NCBI GenBank assembly: GCA_963665125.2
Contig: CAXXUK010000001.1
Coordinates: 3,136,001 to 3,200,000, forward strand
Length of the DNA stretch: 64,000 nt
Direction: 5' to 3'
Source of the DNA: an uncultured Desulfarculus sp.
GTDB lineage: Bacteria > Desulfobacterota > Desulfarculia > Desulfarculales > Desulfarculaceae
Under the pieces are notes generated by a model. The model was given only the letters and a program-made list of their open reading frames with translations. It was not told where the DNA came from and ran no database searches. The translations under genes were made by a program, and so were the position numbers. Positions 59,457 to 64,000 of the stretch are shown piece by piece (position 1 is the first letter of the stretch; each line of letters opens with the position of its first letter).

Positions 59457-61562
59457 ATGGATAAGATCAGCTTGATAATGGTCCTGCACGGCCACCAGCC
59501 GGTGGGCAACTTCGACAAGGTATTCGCCCTGGCCACCAAGGTCTGCTACCGGCCGGTGGTGGAGACGTTCGCCAAATATCCCGAGTTCAAGCTGGGCCTG
59601 CATTTTTCCGGTCCCCTGCTGAGCTGGCTGGAAAAGGGCGACCCGAAGCTGTTGGACACCGTGGCGGCAATGGTCAAAAGAGGCCAGGTGGAGATGCTCA
59701 CTGGCGGGTTTTACGAGCCCCTGTTGGCCTCGATCCCGGCCCGCGACGCCCTGGGCCAGCTGGGCATGATGACCCGCTATATTTTCAAGCGCTTCGGCCA
59801 AGAGCCCAAGGGCCTGTGGCTCTCCGAGCGGGTCTGGGAGCCGGGGCTGCCCGCCAAGATCGGCCCGGCCAAACTGGGCTACACCCTGGTGGACGACACC
59901 CACCTGACCTATGCCGGCCTGCCCGCCGGGGGCATGTTCGGCCACTACATCACCGAGCGCGAGGGCCACACCCTGGCCATTCTGCCCACCCACATTAAGC
60001 TGCGCTACACCATCCCCTTCCAGGAGCCCCAGGCCACCCTTGATTTCCTGAAAATGGCCCTGGACAAAAACGGCCCCACCTGCGCCACCTATGGCGACGA
60101 CACGGAAAAGTTCGGCCTGTGGCCCGACACCTATGAATGGGTCTTCGGCAAAAAATGGCTGGTGCGCTTCATCGAGGCGGTTCTGAAAAACGACGACTGG
60201 CTGCGAACTGACCACGCGGGCCGCTGGGTGGCCCAGGAAAAGGCGCGGGGCCGGGTGTATCTGCCCACGGCATCCTACGAGGAAATGGGCCAATGGGCCC
60301 TGCCCTCCGAGGCGGCCGAAGACCTGATCCGGGCCGAGGAGCAGCTCAAGGCCGAAAAACGCTGGGACCAGTTCAAGCGCTGGTTCCGGGGCGGCATCTG
60401 GGACAACTTCCTGGTCAAGTACCGCGAGTCCAACATCATGCACAAGCGCATGCTGGCCATCAGCAACAAGGTCGAAGCCTGCGGCGACGCGCTGGCCAGG
60501 GACCACATGTACCAGGCCCAGTGCAACTGCGCCTATTGGCACGGTCTGTTCGGCGGGCTGTACCTGGGCCATCTGCGCCAGGCCATCCACGAGCACCTGA
60601 TCATCGCCGACAGCCTCTGCGACGAGATCAGCCACGGCACCGGGCCCTGGGCCGAGGCCGCCAGGTCCGACGTGGACATGGACGGCAACGAGGAGATCGC
60701 CCTGGCCAGTGCGGAGCTGGACCTGTTGGTGCATCCGTCATACGGCGGCTCGGTCAGCGTGTTGAACCTGCGGGAAAAGGCCGTCAACATCGCCGATGTA
60801 TTGACCCGGCGCAGGGAGGCCTATCACCGTCACCTGGACGAATACGAGACCGAGTTGGACGAATCCACCGGCGAGGTCAAATCCATCCATGACATCGTGC
60901 GCTTCAAGGATGAAGGCCTCCAGGACATGCTGGTCATCGATTGGTACGACCGGGCCTGTTTCCAGGATCACCTGCTGGCCCCCGAGGCCACGGCCGAAAA
61001 ATTCCAGCGCCCGGACTACGGCGAATGGGGCGATCTGGTCACCGGCGCCTATGAGGTAAGGGCTGTCGTCTCCCAAACTGGCGGGGCCGGATGCGACCTG
61101 CGCCGGGAGTCGTTCGTCTACGCGCCGGGCGGGCCGTATCCCCTGAGCGTGGACAAGAGCTTCCGCCTGGAGCCTGGCGGCCGGCTGTCCTGCGCCTATA
61201 AACTGACCACGGGCGAGGATTCCCCGGCCATGCGCTTGGGCGTGGAGTTGAACCTGACCCTGCTTTCGGAGGTCGACCCCCTGCGGCACATGGAACTGAG
61301 CAGCCGGGCCAAATGGGGCTTTGACGAACTTGCCGAGGCCGAGGACGTGGAGTGGCTGCGCCTGATCAACCGCGACCAGGGCTACATCGTGCGCCTGACC
61401 CCGGGCCGACCCGCCGGGCTGTGGCATTTCCCGGTGGAGACGGTGAGCCAGAGCGAGGACGGCCTGGAAAAGACCTATCAGGGCAGTTCGCTGATGTTTG
61501 TCTGGGACGTGCCCGCCGGGGCGGGCGAACACAAGTTCGAGCTTTTACTTGAACTGGAATAA
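59457..61562 (+). CDS. GH57 alpha-amylase/4-alpha-glucanotransferase
   Basis: HGHQPVGN, WLSERVWEP, DDTEKFG.WP, AQCNCAYWHG.FGGLY, ETVSQSE.G. Confidence 0.92.
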   Translation: MDKISLIMVLHGHQPVGNFDKVFALATKVCYRPVVETFAKYPEFKLGLHFSGPLLSWLEKGDPKLLDTVAAMVKRGQVEMLTGGFYEPLLASIPARDALGQLGMMTRYIFKRFGQEPKGLWLSERVWEPGLPAKIGPAKLGYTLVDDTHLTYAGLPAGGMFGHYITEREGHTLAILPTHIKLRYTIPFQEPQATLDFLKMALDKNGPTCATYGDDTEKFGLWPDTYEWVFGKKWLVRFIEAVLKNDDWLRTDHAGRWVAQEKARGRVYLPTASYEEMGQWALPSEAAEDLIRAEEQLKAEKRWDQFKRWFRGGIWDNFLVKYRESNIMHKRMLAISNKVEACGDALARDHMYQAQCNCAYWHGLFGGLYLGHLRQAIHEHLIIADSLCDEISHGTGPWAEAARSDVDMDGNEEIALASAELDLLVHPSYGGSVSVLNLREKAVNIADVLTRRREAYHRHLDEYETELDESTGEVKSIHDIVRFKDEGLQDMLVIDWYDRACFQDHLLAPEATAEKFQRPDYGEWGDLVTGAYEVRAVVSQTGGAGCDLRRESFVYAPGGPYPLSVDKSFRLEPGGRLSCAYKLTTGEDSPAMRLGVELNLTLLSEVDPLRHMELSSRAKWGFDELAEAEDVEWLRLINRDQGYIVRLTPGRPAGLWHFPVETVSQSEDGLEKTYQGSSLMFVWDVPAGAGEHKFELLLELE

Positions 61563-61600
61563 GGGCCGGGATTTTTCAACCCCGGCCCACTCCGCGCCGC

Positions 61601-62152
61601 TCACAAGGCGTTCTTGACCAGCAGGGCCCGGCAGCCCTCTTGCTCGGTGACACTAAAACCGGCCTCCCGGGCCCGGGCCAGGCTGTCGGCAAAGGCCTCG
61701 GGCGGCACGTGGCCCTTGGGCTCGATGAACAGCAGGCCGCCGCCGGGCTTGAGCAGGCCGTGGGCCTCTTCGAAAAAGGCCCGGCCGTCGGGCACCTCGT
61801 GAACCATGTGGATGGCCGGAATAAAGTCAACCGCTCCGGCCAAGTCGTCTAGGCCCATGCTTCTTCCGTCGGACAGTTGCGTCTCCACCACCTGGGCCAC
61901 GCCGGCCTTGGCAGCCCGGCGCTCCAGCCCGGCGAGCATCTTGGCCTGCACGTCCACGGCCACCACCCGGCCCGACAGGCCCACCATCTCGGCCAATGGC
62001 AGGGTGAAAAAACCCATGCCGCTGCCCGGCTCCACCACGGTCATGCCCGTCTCGACATAGGGCCCCAGCAGCTTGCGGGGGCTTTCCATCAGCTTGCGTA
62101 GCGGATTTAATAAAACGTAACCCATCCACCAGGGACATACGCGCTTTTCCAT
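61601..62152 (-). CDS. Class I SAM-dependent methyltransferase
   Basis: CPWW N-terminus, EPGSGMG, VDVQ, HEVPD, LKPGG. Confidence 0.88.
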   Translation of the reverse strand: MEKRVCPWWMGYVLLNPLRKLMESPRKLLGPYVETGMTVVEPGSGMGFFTLPLAEMVGLSGRVVAVDVQAKMLAGLERRAAKAGVAQVVETQLSDGRSMGLDDLAGAVDFIPAIHMVHEVPDGRAFFEEAHGLLKPGGGLLFIEPKGHVPPEAFADSLARAREAGFSVTEQEGCRALLVKNAL

Positions 62153-62167
62153 GACATCTCCTTTTTA

Positions 62168-62185
62168 TTACTAAGTACTTACTAA
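62168..62185. promoter_or_regulatory. Putative TetR operator (methyltransferase promoter)
   Basis: TTACTAAGTACTTACTAA; 14/18 match to the palindrome at 62886. Confidence 0.55.
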
Positions 62186-62215
62186 CTTTATTGACCAAAA
62201 AAATTTACCCTCAGG

Positions 62216-62881
62216 TTATCTGCGGTGCAGGCCGGCCAGAAACAACCGCACCATCGTGTCTATTGCCTGCTTTTCCGCGAATTCCTTAATCTTGCCCAGA
62301 ATATTCAATTCGCAGTCCACGGCGTACATCCAGGCGCTGTAAAAGAACATCCTGACCGCCAGTTCAATATTTATATCGACATATGCACCTTGGGCGGCCC
62401 GATGTTCAAAATATTTTACAAGACCTCTCACCATGGGGTGCGGCGATACTTCTTTTTCAAAATCATCGTTGTCATGATCGCCATCTGCATCATGGCCGTG
62501 TTGCACCCGGATGCCGTCAAGAGCGCTGAACAGGATCATGCGGATTATCCGCGGATCCCGGCGGGCATGACCGATCATGTGCTCAGCCAGGTGATAAAGC
62601 ACGTTGTAATCGTCGCCCTTTTCCATGTATTGAACCAACTCGGGCAGCACCGGATGATGCACGAACAGGGCCTCCATGGCCTCGGCATAGAGGTTTTCCT
62701 TGCTGCCGAAATGCTGGAATAGCAAGGTTTCGCTGATCCCGGCCAGGCGGGCGATATCCTTGGTCCGGGCGCCGCTGTAGCCTTTTTGGGAAAAGATCTT
62801 CAGTGCCGCTTCCAGGATCTGCTGGTGCCGCTGTTCGTGGTTGAGCCGCCGGGTTTTCTTGGTTGGTCCGGGCAACGCCAT
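62216..62881 (-). CDS. TetR family transcriptional regulator
   Basis: IL.AA..IF..KGY, TKDIARLAGISE, HFGSKENL. Confidence 0.92.
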   Translation of the reverse strand: MALPGPTKKTRRLNHEQRHQQILEAALKIFSQKGYSGARTKDIARLAGISETLLFQHFGSKENLYAEAMEALFVHHPVLPELVQYMEKGDDYNVLYHLAEHMIGHARRDPRIIRMILFSALDGIRVQHGHDADGDHDNDDFEKEVSPHPMVRGLVKYFEHRAAQGAYVDINIELAVRMFFYSAWMYAVDCELNILGKIKEFAEKQAIDTMVRLFLAGLHRR

Positions 62882-62884
62882 CTC

Positions 62885-62904
62885 CTAAGTAAGTATTTAC
62901 TTAG
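62885..62904. promoter_or_regulatory. Putative TetR autoregulatory operator
   Basis: Perfect inverted repeat CTAAGTAA-gtat-TTACTTAG immediately upstream of tetR start. Confidence 0.6.
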
Positions 62905-63121
62905 TACACCCTGCATCGGTGTTTGTCACGCTTTTTTTGCAAAGGGTTTTAGGGCTTGATCGTCACCCCTGCGGATTGACGCCCGGACGCCGCCTGGGCT
63001 ACCATGGCTCAGTCAAGACTTCGGATACGCCATGAGCAACCGCGCATGCGTATCGCCCGAAAAACCACCGACACCCGACACAGCTGTTTATCTTGCGGCA
63101 ATTGCGGAGGAACGATTGGCC

Positions 63122-64000
63122 ATGGACGACATTCAAAAGAAAATGCTGGCCCCTTTTATTTTCGAAGCCAAAACCACCTTGGGCGAAATGGCCGGTATGA
63201 AGGTGGACTCCGGTGAAGTTTTCGAGGACAAGGTCGAGGATTTCCGATTCAAGGGCCATGCCGTCGCCATCCGCACCCACGGCAAGATCGAGGGCGTGAT
63301 TCTGCTGCACAACTATATCGAAACCGCCCTGGCTATCAGCAACCGGGTGCGCCAAAACCTGCTTGGCGACACCGAAGCCCATGAGGAAATGAACGAGGAA
63401 ATGCAGGCCGCCCTGGCCGAATGGGGCAATATCATCACCGGCCGGGCCACCCAGCGCCTTGAGTTGCTGAAGATGGGCTTTACCTTCGAACCGCCCCAGT
63501 TCATCTACAATACCGAAAACATGGGCCAGATCCTCAAGGGTGTCAGGGAGATCATCTCCGTGCCGGTGCATATCGACGAGGTGGGCCGCTTCTTCCTGAA
63601 CCTGTTGCTCTACGCCGAGGAAGACACCAGCGGCAAGCAGGCCATCGCCCTGAGCGAAAAGGTGCTCATCGTCGACGACTCGCCGATCATCCGGGCCAGC
63701 ATGAAAAAAGTCGTGGCCGCCCTGGGCTACGGCAACGTCATCGAGGCCGATAACGGCAAGGCGGCGGTGGAAAAACACGCCTCCGAAAGCCCGGCCATCG
63801 TGTTCATGGATATCGTCATGCCCCAGATGAACGGCGACGAGGCCCTGGCCGTTATCCGCGACAAGGACAAGCAAACGCCGATTATCATGCTTTCCTCGGT
63901 GGCCGACCAGACCGTCATCGAAAAATGCAACAGCCTGGGCGCCACGGGTTATATCGTCAAGCCCTTCAGCCTGAAGGAGGGGCCGGAGATAATTCAGGAG
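63122..64000 (+). CDS. CheX/CheC-like phosphatase fused to CheY-like receiver (truncated by window end)
   Basis: Not in ORF track (no stop). Translates MDDIQKK...AALAEWGNIITG (ExxN)...VLIVDDS...FMDIVMP...YIVKPF; SD GGAGG. Confidence 0.85.
   Translation, partial: MDDIQKKMLAPFIFEAKTTLGEMAGMKVDSGEVFEDKVEDFRFKGHAVAIRTHGKIEGVILLHNYIETALAISNRVRQNLLGDTEAHEEMNEEMQAALAEWGNIITGRATQRLELLKMGFTFEPPQFIYNTENMGQILKGVREIISVPVHIDEVGRFFLNLLLYAEEDTSGKQAIALSEKVLIVDDSPIIRASMKKVVAALGYGNVIEADNGKAAVEKHASESPAIVFMDIVMPQMNGDEALAVIRDKDKQTPIIMLSSVADQTVIEKCNSLGATGYIVKPFSLKEGPEIIQE

Noticed and set aside
58263..60734. Long antisense ORFs (also 5534-6973, 46184-47749, 53006-54688)
   Set aside because: Stop-free shadow frames expected opposite GC-rich genes; no recognisable motifs.
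1..64000. CRISPR array, prophage, IS or rRNA
   Set aside because: No regularly spaced repeats, transposase, integrase, terminase/portal/capsid genes or rRNA sequence seen.

Overview
GC-rich bacterial chromosome window. Gene content (multiple PAS hybrid kinases, CheX, Cache, DUF166, GH57 pair) suggests an anaerobic deltaproteobacterium/Desulfobacterota; this is an inference. Most of it is housekeeping and metabolic: rph-rdgB-tRNA-Pro(TGG), pgm, gap, tkt-zwf-pgl-SRAP, rlmN, TrmN6-like and DciA-like genes, two NSS transporters, two penicillin-acylase-family enzymes, two GH57 enzymes, an MCP, two hybrid histidine kinases and two TetRs. Two loci stand out. (1) At 7.3-9.4 kb there is a phage-free polymorphic-toxin-like cassette. 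It comprises a short MuF (phage head morphogenesis) C-terminal motif fused to a secreted-PLA2-type domain, two AT-rich paralogous small membrane proteins (candidate immunity), and a downstream ORF ending in the 'RIART' motif that normally precedes the MuF Cys motif, i.e. an apparently split/permuted MuF. (2) At 42.3-42.8 kb there is a complete cobalamin riboswitch with promoter and terminator but no downstream gene, facing the convergent tkt-zwf-pgl-SRAP genes. Smaller leads: a cryptic GT-A glycosyltransferase, a CoA-transferase-GNAT fusion lacking the catalytic Glu, a variant-active-site Ntn acylase, a sigma54-driven acidic repeat protein, paired TetR operators and several structured intergenic elements. 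All family calls come from motif recognition by eye; no searches were run.
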